The notes beneath the pieces were generated by a model. That model did no database searches. It had not been told where the DNA came from and saw only the letters and a program-made list of their open reading frames with translations. A stretch of DNA of 64,000 nucleotides, from NCBI GenBank assembly GCA_030324005.1, contig JARDVH010000193.1, positions 38,095,132-38,159,131 on the forward strand, read 5' to 3'. This document shows positions 49,548 through 62,022 of the stretch, in pieces. Position 1 is the first letter of the stretch; every line of letters begins with the position of its first letter. This DNA is from Negaprion brevirostris. Its lineage: Eukaryota. The translations under genes were made by a program, and so were the position numbers.

Positions 49548-49697
49548 NNNNNNNNNNNNNNNNNNNNNNNNNNNNNNNNNNNNNNNNNNNNNNNNNNNNN
49601 NNNNNNNNNNNNNNNNNNNNNNNNNNNNNNNNNNNNNNNNNNNNNNNGTCATGCACAACGGGATAGGTTTTAGGAATTGCATTATAAAAAGAAAGCA

Positions 49698-50786
49698 ATT
49701 TGATTTGATTTATTAGTGTCACATGTACTAACATAGAGTGAAAAGTATTGTTTCTTGCGCACTACACAGACAAAGCATACTGTTCATAGAGAAGGAAAGG
49801 AGACAGTGCGGAATGTAGTGTTACAGTCATAGCTAGGGTGTAGATAAAGATCAACTTAACGCAAGGTAAGTCCATTCAAAAGTCTGACAACAGCAGTAAG
49901 AAGCTGTTCTTGAGTCGGCTGGCACATGACCTCAGACTTTTGTGTCTTTCTCGCGAAGGAAGAAGGTGGAAGAGAGAATGTCCGGGGTGCTTGGGGTCCT
50001 TAATTATACTGGCTACTTTGCCGGGGCAGCGGGAAGTATAGACAGAGTCAATGGATGGGAGGCTGGTTCGTGTGGTGGATTGGGCTATATTCATGAGCTT
50101 CCATAGTTTTTTTGCAGTCTTGGGCAGAGCAGAAGCCGTACCAAGCTGTGATGCAACCCGGAAGAATATTTTCTATGGTGCATCTATAAAGGTTGGTGAG
50201 AGTTGTAGCTGACGTGCCAAATTTTCTTAGTCTTCTGAGAAAGTAGAGGCATTGGTGGGCTTTCCTAACTGTAGTGTCGGCGTGGGGGGACCAGGGCAGG
50301 TTGTTGATGACCTGGACACCTAAAAACTTGATGCTCTCGACCTTTTCTACTTCATTCCTGCTGACCTAGACAGGGGCATGTTCTCCTCTATGCTTCCTGA
50401 AGTTGATGACCATTTCCTTTCTTTTGTTGACATTGAGAGAGTGATTATTGTCACTGCATCAGTTCACCAGATTCTCTGTCTCATTATTGTTTGAGATGCA
50501 ACCCGCTATGGTGGTGTTGTCAGCAAACTTGAAAATCAAGTTGGAGGGGAATTTGCCAACAGAGTCATACGTATATAAGGATTTTAGTAGGGGGCTGAGA
50601 ACACAGTCTTGAGGGGCACCATTGTTGAGAATGATTGTGCAGGAGGTGTTGTTATCAATCCTTACTGATTGGGGTCTGTGAATTAGGAAGTTTAGGATCC
50701 AGTCACAGAGGGAGGAGCTGAGGCCCAGGCGATAGAGTTTAGAGATGAGTTCCAAAGGAATAATAGTGTTGAGGGCTGAGTTGTAG
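49698..50786 (-). mobile_element. Rex1/Babar LINE fragment with RT C-terminal half
   Basis: Peptides LCDWILNFLIHRPQSVRI, GAPQDCVLSPLL, FKFADNTTI (FADD) and KDPKHPGHSLFHLLPS. Confidence 0.92.
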
Positions 50787-51360
50787 TTTCTCTCTATCCG
50801 TCTGATAGTTTTCCATCAATATCTTGAAAATAACCAGGTCACCCCTTGACCATCTAAATTCCTAGCCATAGAAACCTAATTTATGTAATTTTACTTGTAA
50901 TTTAACCCCAAAAGTCCGGGTATCATCCTGTAAATTTGTGTTGCGCTCCCTTCTAGGCTAACGTATCCTCCTTAATCTGTATTTCAGGATATAATGCAAC
51001 TCAGTCTATTTAGCTTTGTTAATGTGGCCCATAATGCAGTAATTGCAGTGATCAATGAAGGTGTACTTGATCTTGAGCAATGTCACCATGGATATGGCAA
51101 GAATGAAACTGTGCCTTTCCAAAGATTTGGGAGGGGTCAGAGAATCTCTAGTATCGTTCAAGCACCACTAGCATGTAGTACTGTGGGGCTAAGGCATTTG
51201 GCACCCTGGGCCAACTTTTTCCCCAACATGGTTGCCCTGTTGCCTGTGGGCTTTTCTTCCAAACTCCACACCCCCCTTCCCCCCATTCCCTGAAGAAAGT
51301 GACTCTTGTTTGAATTTGATGACACTGACACCAGCTTTCCTCTCTTCTAACTGGATCAGT

Positions 51361-51413
51361 TCATAGAAATATGAATCATAGAAACCTTACAGTGCAGAAG
51401 GAGGCCCTTTGGG
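51361..51413 (-). mobile_element. SINE/CR1 tail next to a gap
   Basis: atcatagaaaccttacagtgcagaaggaggcc. Confidence 0.7.
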
Positions 51414-51513
51414 NNNNNNNNNNNNNNNNNNNNNNNNNNNNNNNNNNNNNNNNNNNNNNNNNNNNNNNNNNNNNNNNNNNNNNNNNNNNNNNNNNNNNNN
51501 NNNNNNNNNNNNN

Positions 51514-51635
51514 TCTCAGACTTTTGTATCTCTGAATACAAAAGTAGTTGGATTTTTGTATTCAAAAATACAAAAATTCTCTCTTCCAACTACTTCTAGT
51601 AGTTGGAAGAGAGAGTGTCCAGGGTGCGTTGGGTG
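51514..51635 (-). mobile_element. Rex1/Babar fragment containing a multi-hairpin insertion
   Basis: ctcagacttttgtatct ... tggaagagagagtgtccagggtgcg flanks match the other copies. Confidence 0.7.
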
Positions 51636-52784
51636 ACAAGATCGAATCAGGGTGGTGAGTAGTGTTGTGGGGGCTAGTTAGCTTGGATGGGGGTGAGGGG
51701 GGGACTGGATTATAGGAGCCCAGATTTCACTAAACAGAGTGACAATGATAGACACCAGTAAGAATCACAGGACTCCTGATTTGCATATATTATGGGGGCT
51801 TCCACTTTGACTTATGCAGGTACCTCTTCCACATAAAAGATAAAAGCCCTGTTCAAGTGCTGGTGAGTGGGAAGGGGGATATTTCATTTTTGAAGACATG
51901 TTTAGCTGTATGGCAGCTCCAATCCTAACCAGGAAAGCCCCTCCATTAGTTTTGTGTATATCTGAAACATCACAGTTATTGATGTTTTGCGCATTAATAT
52001 TTGATTTATCAAATAAGAATAGAGTCTCGTCTCTTCTGTTGAGACTAGATGACCCTACCCCCCCTCCTCTCTGATGTGTAGTGATATCATACTTCAAGAG
52101 GCTATTAGTTGAATGTAATTGAGGCTCTCTGGAAAGCTCCACATATTGATTTCTTTAGTCTGAGTCTTATTTTCAGCTGTAAGAATGACATCATGCAAAT
52201 AATGGAAGTGCCACTTAGTCTGTTTGGAGTAGCTAAGAATGGAGCAGTAAGAAGTGTAATTTCATTTTCATTATTGATGGCATTTGAGAACCATTGGTAT
52301 TCATGCTACTTAAATGAACAGAGCAGTTTTAGTTGACTGTCTGTAGAAGAATGCAATGGTATCAGTGGTGGGCATCTGCATTGCAATGACATTGCTTTCA
52401 TGATTACTTACAGAAGTGACCATGTTTTATTTCTAACCATTGGGTATTGATATACAATGAGATTTAAAAAGGTAAGATTTAGCAAAGCTTTAAAAAGCCA
52501 CGGTCTTGAAAATCCTGTTGCAATGTGCCATTCACTGCACCAGCCTGTTCCTTCTGTCCTTGCTATCTCCATTCTTGTGCACAGATAAGATTAAGCAATC
52601 ATAGGATCTGATAACTTGGCTGCCTCGTACAAGTTCCTGATACATTGCATTGAGATACAGATGTGCTCTGGCAGGGCAACACACGAGGTATTTCAAGTAC
52701 GTAACAAAATGCTTGAGGCTCACTGGCTTGCGAAACATCCAATCGCCAAGACACAAGGACAAGTGTAACAGACCAGCACACTGT

Positions 52785-53085
52785 AGTGGCACAGTGGTTA
52801 GCGCTGCTGCCTCACAATGCCAGGGACCCAGGTTCAATTCCCAGCTTGGGGCACTATCGTTGCGGAGTCTGCACATTCTCCACGTGTCTGTGTGGATTCC
52901 TTCCGGACACTCCAATTTTCTCCCATAGTCTGAAAGACATGCTGGTTCGGTGGATTGGCCATGCTAAATTCTCCCTCTGTGTACTCAAACAGGCACCGGA
53001 ATGTAGCAATTAGGGGATTTTCAGAGTAACTTAATTGCAGTATTAATGTAAGCCTAATTGTGATTAATATATAAACTTTAAAAAA
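52785..53085 (+). mobile_element. tRNA SINE, alternative tail
   Basis: gtggcacagtggttagcgctgctgcctcaca head; ggggattttcagagtaac tail. Confidence 0.9.
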
Positions 53086-53689
53086 CTTTGGAAGTATATA
53101 GCCTCAGAGGCTTCACAGGTTTTGTATAACAAAGAATGTTGACTAACTGAAATATCCCACCGACTAAATGTGAGCCTATGAAATTATAATTGCTTAACTG
53201 GAGAGAAAGTAACGTTTCCAGTCAGCAAGGAATGGCTAATACAATGGGATGCAAAACTGGGCAGGTGAGAGCCTGCTTACAGTTAAAGCCACAGCCAAAA
53301 TTATTTTATCAACTTTTTTAAATCACTTATTTGCACCATTTTAGGTATTGGTCTTCTCAGCTCAAGTTGGTATGTAAAGGAATAAGGGTTATAATATATG
53401 GGATAGATACTATCTTAATGCAAAAATTATCTTTCAGTAAAACCTATAGCAAGCTGCAATTTCTGAGAGCGAAGTTAACCAAACATATACATATCAACTC
53501 CCATCAATGTGACATCGCTGATAAAGATTACACACATCTAGAAGCCACTATCCTAAGGGTCCTTACAGTGACAACTAGCACTAAAATATAATGCCATTTT
53601 GGATAAGTAAAACCACAATTTGATAAAAATTTATTAATTTATTGGATGCAATACGTTAACCAAACAGTTTGACCAACATGACAGTTACC

Positions 53690-54032
53690 CACAGAACCAC
53701 AGAATCCTACAGTGCAGAAAGTTGGCCTTCGGCCCATTGAGTCTGCATTGACCACAAACCCATCCAGGCCCTACCCCCATATCCCTACATATTTTACCCA
53801 TTAATCCATCTAACCTATGCATCTCAGGTCAAGGGGCAATTTCTTAGCATGGCCAATCAACCTAACCCGCACATCTTTGGACTGTGGGAAGAAACCGGAG
53901 CACTCGGAGGAAACCCACGCAGACACGAGGAGAATGTGCAAACTCCACACAGACAGTGACCTGAGCTGGGAATCAAACCCAGGTCCCTGGAGCTGTGAAG
54001 CAACAGTGCTAACCACTGTGCTACCGTGCCGC
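53690..54032 (-). mobile_element. HE1-like SINE (CR1-type tail), well preserved
   Basis: agaatcctacagtgcagaaag tail; intact body; head gtgctaaccactgtgctaccgtgccgc. Confidence 0.92.
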
Positions 54033-55649
54033 TCCAACAGAAACGTTGCACATGTTACTGCTTAAACCTGGCAGTTGTTCAGTTATTCAACTCTGGGGTA
54101 CCCAAGCTGTCTTTGATTCTTTCCTCAATGCTTGAATGTGCAGTGGTTAATGAGTTGTAGTGAGAATTTTGTGTGTTCCTGTTTTCTTTTCTCCGCCGCA
54201 TAGCCATAAAAGAAATATTTCCACCTGTGGATTCCCCATTTTATTTATTTCGATTACTCCTAGTGGGCGAGAGTTTCGAGACCTGTCTACTTGAGCTGCC
54301 TGAGGTAAATCTTGCACACTGCCTTTTCTGATTACAGATCAACATTGACCATGCCTTGGGGCATCCTCCCAGACTACTGCCAAGTGTGATCTGGAGCAGT
54401 CTATTTATCTGGCTGTTCCCTGGTCAAGCTGTCCATTTACTTTCTCCACCCTGCTGGCAAATCTCCTACCTTGTCTGTAGTTGAGACCAGCGATTTAAAG
54501 CTGTGGGAATTTGTATAGTATTCATTTTGTTCACTGTTCTTTTGTTGCTCAACTGCCTGTGGGAAGCCTGTTTGCAACACTTGAGTTTAATGTTACTTCA
54601 GTGAAAATTGCTGAAACTTAAATTGTGAGAACATTTTTAGAAGCATATTTATGCCTTTTATTTTGAACAAGAATGTGTGGGGACCATTTTTTTCAATGCT
54701 TCAATCAGCTGGATTCAGTAAGGTACATAATCATGTATTTTGGGATGTAGAATGCTCTTGAAGTCTTAAGAGCTTTGCGCTTTCGCAAACAGCTTCACCA
54801 TTTGAGAGTTGGTAAACTTAAACCAACTGTGACGTGAGCCTGTAGATTTGGTTCAGCTCTTTGACTGGGTAATGATATCTGATATGTACGAAGGAGAAAC
54901 AGTGGCAAAAACAGCTGGCCCTGGATTTAGTACAGTCTAAAGTTATTCAGAGGAATGGAGGCTTACTGCATGTCAGAGGCTACCGATCCTTACTCCATGT
55001 TATACAAAATCGGAGAGAGATGTGGAGCCTATCAGTCCTCTGCAGTGTTACATCTTGAGCAACACTGCAAAAGTTGCTTGTGCTTCAGTTGAATTTTTCT
55101 GTTTTCATGTCAGGAGTGAAGGAGATTCTTCAGCCGCACCAGCATTGTGCAGAAAATCCATACCACTGCCAGCAATAGAGCTCCTAATGTCACTTCTCCC
55201 TGTTGGGGCCTCTGATGTGCTTGCCTGGAAATATGTCCCCTGCATGCAGACGTTTAGATGCAAGAAGAACTATATTGTTCAGTCGACCATTTCTTTGAGA
55301 AATCTGAGATTTGCTGGCTAGTGTACATAATATATTCTTAGTATGAAGTCTAACATGGAAGCATTGTTTTACTGACCAGGTCAGTGTTGCATTATGGAGC
55401 ATGTAATGGAAATACTTTTGGATTTTTTGATGTTCATTTATTATTTTACCAATTAAGTAACTTTGCCTGTTTATTCTTGTGACTATTTCTGTTGGAGTTG
55501 TATCTAGTATGTGAGCTGATTTAGGTAATGGATGCTATTGAACAGCATTCATTACTTCAGTCTTTCCCAGAGCAGTGTGTTTGGTGACAGCATTGTCACA
55601 GTCATTGATTTAATGACTCCTTGGCCATAATTTTCCCGTCCTGTCTGCC

Positions 55650-55697
55650 AGGGCAGGATTTCCAGTTTTGGTTTGAGCACAGTCAGAAAATCCCGCC
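55650..55697. repeat. Minimal palindromic MITE-like remnant
   Basis: ggcaggatttcc ... gaaaatcccgcc terminal inverted repeats like the ends of the 12725-12932 element. Confidence 0.45.
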
Positions 55698-57087
55698 ACT
55701 TGTGTTTGCAATGGGCCAGTTTGGTCCCTTTCTGAATTCTGAAGTTGGTAGCATTTATAAAGATATTTTAGTTGATTATTCTAGCTCAATGTCTTTTTCA
55801 GTGAGAATCTTTGCCATATCTAAACACCCCTGCACCATGCTGACATTTGCAAGAACCAAAGCCCTTTTTTTAAGGTGCCAGGAAGCATATTAGTGTAGCC
55901 AAGCGCCTTGTCACCTCTTACAACCTGGGTTTGCATTCTGGTATTTGTAAAAGGAGTTTGGACAGACTGCACTACGAACCTTAAGCAGTAGGATTAGTTT
56001 GCAACTCTTAATCAAAGACGCACAGTGGTAGACGCAAGCTCATTCTTAATGTGAAGTTGATGCTAATATTGCTTCCAATTCTATTTCATAAGCATCTCTT
56101 TGAACTAGTTTAAAGTCATTAATGTTCGTTTGTGCAACATGGTGATGAACGTTGACTTAGCCTTAACTCAAATTTATCATTGTATGTAAAGTTTTCTGTT
56201 GTTCCAAGTGTTCTGTGAATTCCATGGAGGTTTGTTTCCAGTCATTGTATTTTCAGCCATCATTAGAAATGGACAAAATTATTCGACAAATTTAATAGGG
56301 AATTAGGGGTGCACAAATTGTGAAACTTGATAATATTGTGGAATGCTGTGTTGGGCTGTTTCTGATGTGCTGAATAAAATGCACAAGAAGTGTTCCAATG
56401 CCATTTAACCATACCGTTGACCAATGCACTAACGTGTTTCTGAATATGCTTTTGCTGCCTTGATAGTGGTGGTGATGCAAGGTATCCTGTTGCGGAGCAG
56501 TATGGCCCTGTGGGGTTACACTTTTTATAAGGCAACACCTGAGAGACACTAATGTTACCACCAGAAGATACTTTTTTTAAAACGCAGTTGTTCCATATGT
56601 GCCCTGCCTTTTTGTGTACAATCCACTCATTTATAATGTGAATTTTCAGATAATGTTTACTGGTGAAAAAAATAATTTCATAGCATAAACACATAAATTG
56701 GACCCCTTGATTTACTGGGACTAGGTTCATGGACTTCATGTTCAGAAGCACAAATACAACCATTTGACTTTTTCTTCTGTGTCAGTGAAAATAATGGCTG
56801 CAAAGGCAATGCCGTTCACGTTGATTGAATGGCTTATGTCTCCCTCCCTGCCTTTCCCACGTCAATGGTTTGGCAGTTTTTCTTGCACTTGCCATATCTA
56901 AAGCTTCCCTGACATACAAACCATTTTTGAAAGGAAAAGATTTCATTCAGAGTGCCAAGATTACCATTTTCATTTGAGCAGAAGCGTTTGCCCCCATTTT
57001 GTCATCTTCATGCGATCACTGACAAACTGGCGTTTGCTTTTTATGTGCTTCCAGGGTCTTACCCTCAACTTAAGAGCATTCCTTCAG

Positions 57088-57410
57088 TTGTGGCTCAGTT
57101 GATAGCGCTNNNNNNNNNNCTGATCAGGAACTTGTGGTTTCCAGTCCTAATCTGGAACATGAGCACAAAAATCAAAGGGCTGACAGTTCATTGCAGTTGC
57201 GGAGAGAGAGAAAATGCTGCACTGTCCATAGCTTTTGGGTGAGATGCTAAACTGAGGTTGCAAATCAATATAATAGATTCCAAGGCTCTTTTTTTGGAGT
57301 GAAGGGGACCATAGAGATTGTACTTCAAAATTCGTAATTAGCTTAAGAGCACTTTGCAAGTCATGTGGCTGTGAAAGGTGCTATATTAATGCAAGTATTA
57401 TTTTTCTTTT
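57088..57410 (+). mobile_element. Deu-domain SINE
   Basis: gtggctcagttgatagcgct head; tgctgcactgtc...tgagatgctaaactgagg; tail gtgaaaggtgctatattaatgcaagt. Confidence 0.75.
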
Positions 57411-57539
57411 CAGATTTGTGCACCACTTCTCATTTCCCACTCACTGTGCTTCACCATTGGAGCGACTCCTGTAGCCACTAAGTTTCTGTTCTCAAACTCC
57501 GTCCCTCAGCACATTATCCCCCTCTGTGTTCACAACACC

Positions 57540-59090
57540 AACAACTTGCATTAAAAATGCTATGTAAATGTGATAAAACATCCGAGGTACTTCACAGACT
57601 CATTGTAAAACAAAATACAATACCAAGCCACATAAGGAGCTATGAGGTCAGATGACCAAAACGTTGGTCAAAGAGGTAGGCCTTAGGAAGTGAGATAGAA
57701 GGGTTTTGGCAGGGAATTGCAGAGTTTGGAGCCAAGGTAACTGAAGGCACAGCCACCTGGCAGGGGAGATCTCCCAGACTAGGGTAGAGTCTGTGATCAG
57801 GGTAGCTGGACCAAGGCATCACCTGATGCAGTCTTGGCTTTTGGCTAAGCACAGTGGCAGAGTGGTTAGCACTGCTGTCTCACAGCGCCAGGGACCTGGG
57901 TTTGATTCCTGGCTTGTCTGTGTGGAGTTTTCAAATTCTCCCTGTGTCTGCAATGGGTTTCCATTGAGTGCTCTGGTTTCTTTCCACAGTCCAAAGGTGG
58001 GCAGGTTAGGTGCATTGGCCATGTTAAACTCTCCCTCAGTGTATTAGAACAAGCGCAAGAATGTGGTGATTAGGGGATTTTCACAGTAACTTCATTACAG
58101 TATAAATGTAAGCCTACTAGCGACTAATAGTTCCCAAGATGGGGCTCAATGCCTCATCTTGTCAGCTTGGATCTTGTTTGTCCCTCTCAAGGGAACCATG
58201 AATTGGATTCAATTTGAAGTTTGTTTTCTGGATAGGATGGAGTAAAAATTAAAATAAAAAATAAAAAAAGACCCTGCCGCAATGGTGGAGCATGATGGAG
58301 AATGATTGGGAATGCACAAGAGGCTAGAATTAGAGGAAAGCAGAAATTTATGATCTCTGAGGGTTGTGGGTTTGGGAGATGTCACACAGTTCTAGATAAG
58401 CAAGATTATGGAGGGATTTGAAAACCAGATGAGAATTTTAAATTCAAGATGTTGCTTGGTTGAAAACCAGTGAAGGCCTACGAGCACAGGGGTGATGGAT
58501 GAACGAGCCTTGCTGCAAGTTCAGAAATGGGCATCTGGGCTTTGGATGACCTCAGGTTTGCAGAGAGCTGAATGTGGCGTTGAAGACAGGAATGTGTTGG
58601 GATGGTGAAGTTTCGAGGCAGTGGAGGCATGGATGCTCATTTTAGCAGCAGATAAGTTGAGGGAGATTAAGTCAGCCAGAGCTATGGAGGTGGAAATAGA
58701 GGGTCTTCCTAAGCACATGTATAAGTTTGGAAGCTCATCTCATGGTCAAATNNNNNNNNNNNNNNNNNNNNNNNNNNNNNNNNNNNNNNNNNNNNNNNNN
58801 NNNNNNNNNNNNNNNNNNNNNNNNNNNNNNNNNNNNNNNNNNNNNNNNNNNTTCTTCTTATCCCATACTTGGATGTCTGATGCGCAGACTAATAATTAAG
58901 CAACAAAGAATTCAGAAGAGGTGGTGGTGAGTTAGAACTGGGGTGTCATTGGCGTACATGTGAAAATTAATGCTGTGCTTTTAGATGTTGCCAAAGAACA
59001 GCATGTAAATGAGAAAAAGGAGGGACCAAGGCTTGAACCTTGATTGCTGGGAGTGGGGACAGGAGAAATAACCAAAGGTTAAAGGAGTGG
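57540..59090 (-). mobile_element. L2-type LINE fragment interrupted by a SINE
   Basis: Minus-strand peptide LSAAKMSIHASTASKLHHPNTFL...EVIQS (L2 AxxLIHAFVTSRLDYxN...QN); caacaacttgcatt tail. Confidence 0.7.
57848..58130 (+). mobile_element. tRNA SINE, alternative tail
   Basis: gcacagtggcagagtggttagcactgc head; ggggattttcacagtaacttcatt tail. Confidence 0.88.
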
Positions 59091-59169
59091 GAAACCTCCT
59101 TCCATTCTACCATGCTTTGTCACCTCTTCAATCCCTCTCTTCTTTGTTTCCTAGTGAGCTAAAATCATG

Positions 59170-59540
59170 TTTGATTTGATTATTATTGTCATATGTATTG
59201 GTATACAGTGAAAAGTACTGTTTCCTGCGTGCTGTACAGACAAGCACACCATTCATGGAGTACATAGGGGAGAAGGAAAGGAGAGGGTGCAGAATATAGT
59301 GTTACACTCACTCATAGCTAGGGTGTAGATTAAGATCAACTTAATATAAAGTAGGTCCATTCAAAAGTCTAAAGGCAGCAGTGAAGAAGCTATTCTGGTA
59401 TTGGTTGCTGCATGACCTTCAGACTTTTGTGTCTTTTTTCCGACGGAAGAAAGTGGAAGAGAGTATGCCAGGGTGCATGGGGTCCCTGATTATGCTGTCT
59501 GCTTTCCTGAGCAGTGGAAGGTGTAGACAGAATCAATTTG
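59170..59540 (-). mobile_element. Rex1/Babar LINE 3' end
   Basis: tttgatttgattattattgtc tail and the same 3' sequence as the other copies. Confidence 0.85.
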
Positions 59541-59745
59541 AGATGGACATGTCACATTAGTGGGCAGATCCAAATGGCCCCACTTTTCAATGCGGTGGAT
59601 TGACCAGGACAAGAATGGCTATCCCAATGGTACTGTGTGTTTACAAGTGCTTTCTACATTGGTAAGAGCTGTATCCTGGGAAGCTAGCAAATAGCTCATT
59701 ACTTAAGTAACTAGTTCTAGTTGGATGTAAACACAAAAGTTTCAA

Positions 59746-60047
59746 AGGGCGGCACAGTGGCACTGTAGCTAATGCAGCATAGTGTCAGGGACCCATGTTC
59801 GATTGCGGCCTTAGGTGACTGTGTGGGATTTGCATGTTCTCCCAGTGTCTGCGTGGGTTTCCTCCAGGTGCTCTGGTTTCCGTCCACACTCCAAAAGATA
59901 TGCAGATCATGCTACATTGCTCCTTTAGTGTGGGGGATTAGCAGGGTAAATACTTGGGCCTACAGGGATAGGGCCTGGGTGGCACTGTTGTTGGGGCAGG
60001 TTTGCTGGGCCAAATGGCCTCCTTCTGCACTCTAGGGATTCTGTGAT
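59746..60047 (+). mobile_element. HE1-like SINE (CR1-type tail)
   Basis: gggcggcacagtggcac head; tail ggcctccttctgcactctagggattct. Confidence 0.88.
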
Positions 60048-61537
60048 ATGGCCTTCCTACCTCTGATTGACTTGCCTGGTCAAACTGTCTTCCCTCCCTT
60101 TTTACAGCTAATAAAGGGAAATATTTAATAAATATGAAAAACAAACACAAATTTTGCTCCCAGCTTCAGCCAATTAATTCTAGAAGACTGCTGGGCAGTT
60201 TGGAGGGCTGGCGACACAATGCTTTGGTAATTTTTCACTTTCATTTTTTAAAACCCTGTTCTAAAGGCAAAATATTGAAAGAAAATGGTTGTATAATGAA
60301 CCGGACGGAGACATTTTACAAAATAACTTGGAGCTATGTTTTTGGTACCTCATCCATTTTAAAGGCTGAATGATCTGAGTTGCACACATCGTGGGCAAAT
60401 CTTTGACTATGTTAGGCAGTGGCATGGGTTAATCACTTGACGATATTCAATAAATGATAGCTGTGTGCACTTTTGTATGCTGGCAGGAAGCATTTGTAAC
60501 ACAATAGAAAATTTTAGAGAAAAAATGGAGTTAGATTGCGTTACTGTAAGTACAGCTAGTTTTAATTTTAGGCAGTCTAGTCTGAAATGGGTTAATGGAG
60601 ACAGAGAAATTATTGCTGCTTCCTGGCACAATTGAAGGCCGTTGTAACCTGGATACGTTTGGCAGCCAGAAAAGAAATTTGACTCCTGTTCGGCGCTGCT
60701 GTGTGTCAGGGTATGGAGGGAACCCGTCACTGCCTGCCAATGAAATGACACTTTTTTAAAAAAAGACAAGACTTTCCAACAGTAGCTTTTAGATTATTGG
60801 TCTGTCTTGTGTTTACCCTTTAGGTCAAAGGTAAAAAGGAAGTGTTTACAGGAAAAGGAGGCGGGTAGGTTAGTGGATGAATGTGAAAGGAGTAGTTAGG
60901 AGCTGAGCCAGTTTGAGCAGTGGGTTTGACAAATGAAATCTTTTCTGGTAGTGGGTGATTTTCCTGGAACGTGTTGCCTCCTCTCTCTCTGCACCCCCCC
61001 AACCCCAAATTGCTGTGATGACTCATTTAGTCTGTTAGGAATGCTGAGCTGCTGGGTGTGACGTACTGAGAAAACATTTATACCTCCAACAGTGAACTTA
61101 TGAGCCCTAGAAAAATGCTTTCCATGCAGACAGCAGCTGCAATAAATGGAGGCAACAATTTAACTGCATGGGGAAAATTACATTCCAGAATGGCATACTG
61201 CATAAAATCGCTTGGCTTCGCTTCAGAACGTTTTATTTTTTTAAAAAAAGAATGGCAGTACGTACCAGCAGTGTTTTTTTTTCCCTCTCGGCCACTTTAA
61301 TCTTTTCTGAATAAGTGAAATTGCTTACAAAGTTTATGCACATCATTAACTCTTTAAGGCTTCAGCTTTATGTATCTGGAATTTGTGTCTGCAAAGAAGT
61401 GGAAAGTATTTCAATATGTACCGTGCTCAAGGATGAACTTAAGCCAAAGAGTACAGTCATCCCTTTGTTCATTTATTTTAACTGTACTGTCCTGACAATA
61501 GTAAAACCTTAACTGCTTAGAGCCCTGCAACCCCATT

Positions 61538-62022
61538 TAGAATCATAGAATCCCTGCAGTGCAGATGGGGACCATTCAGCCCATTGAGTCTGCACCAACA
61601 ATAATCCCACCCAGGCCCTATTCCTGTAATCCCACATATTTTCTCTGCTAATCCCCCTGACACTATGGTCAATTTAGCACAGGCAATCAACGACCCTATC
61701 TTTGGACTGCGGGAGNNNNNNNNNNNNNNNNNNNNNNNNNNNNNNNNNNNNNNNNNNNNNNNNNNNNNNNNNNNNNNNNNNNNNNNNNNNNNNNNNNNNN
61801 NNNNNNNNNNNNNNNTCTCTGCTAATCCCCCTGACACTAAGGTCAATTTAGCACAGGCAATCAACGACCCTATCTTTGGACTGCGGGAGGAGACCGGAGC
61901 ATCTGGAGGAAACCCATGCAGACACGGAGAAGGTGCAAGTTCCACACACATTGACCCGAGGCCGGGTTTGAACCCAGGTCTCTGGCACTGTGAGGCAACA
62001 GTGCTAACCATTGTGCCACCCC
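61538..62022 (-). mobile_element. HE1-like SINE with a gap-associated duplicated segment
   Basis: atcatagaatccctgcagtgcag tail; head gtgctaaccattgtgccaccc. Confidence 0.88.

Larger units (their letters stand above)
48835..50985 (-). mobile_element. CR1 3' fragment (48835-49140 and 50785-50985) split by Rex1/Babar insertions
   Basis: aatgagatcatggctgat tail region; sequence resumes at tagtttctctctatcc; tagttt occurs at both junctions. Confidence 0.65.

Noticed and set aside
56263-56763. 166-aa minus-strand ORF
   Set aside because: No recognisable domain, random-looking composition, antisense within an intron
61640-61890. Tandem duplication inside a SINE
   Set aside because: Near-identical sequence on both sides of an N gap is typical of unmerged contig ends or haplotypes; ccaggtgt around the 16276-16375 gap is similar
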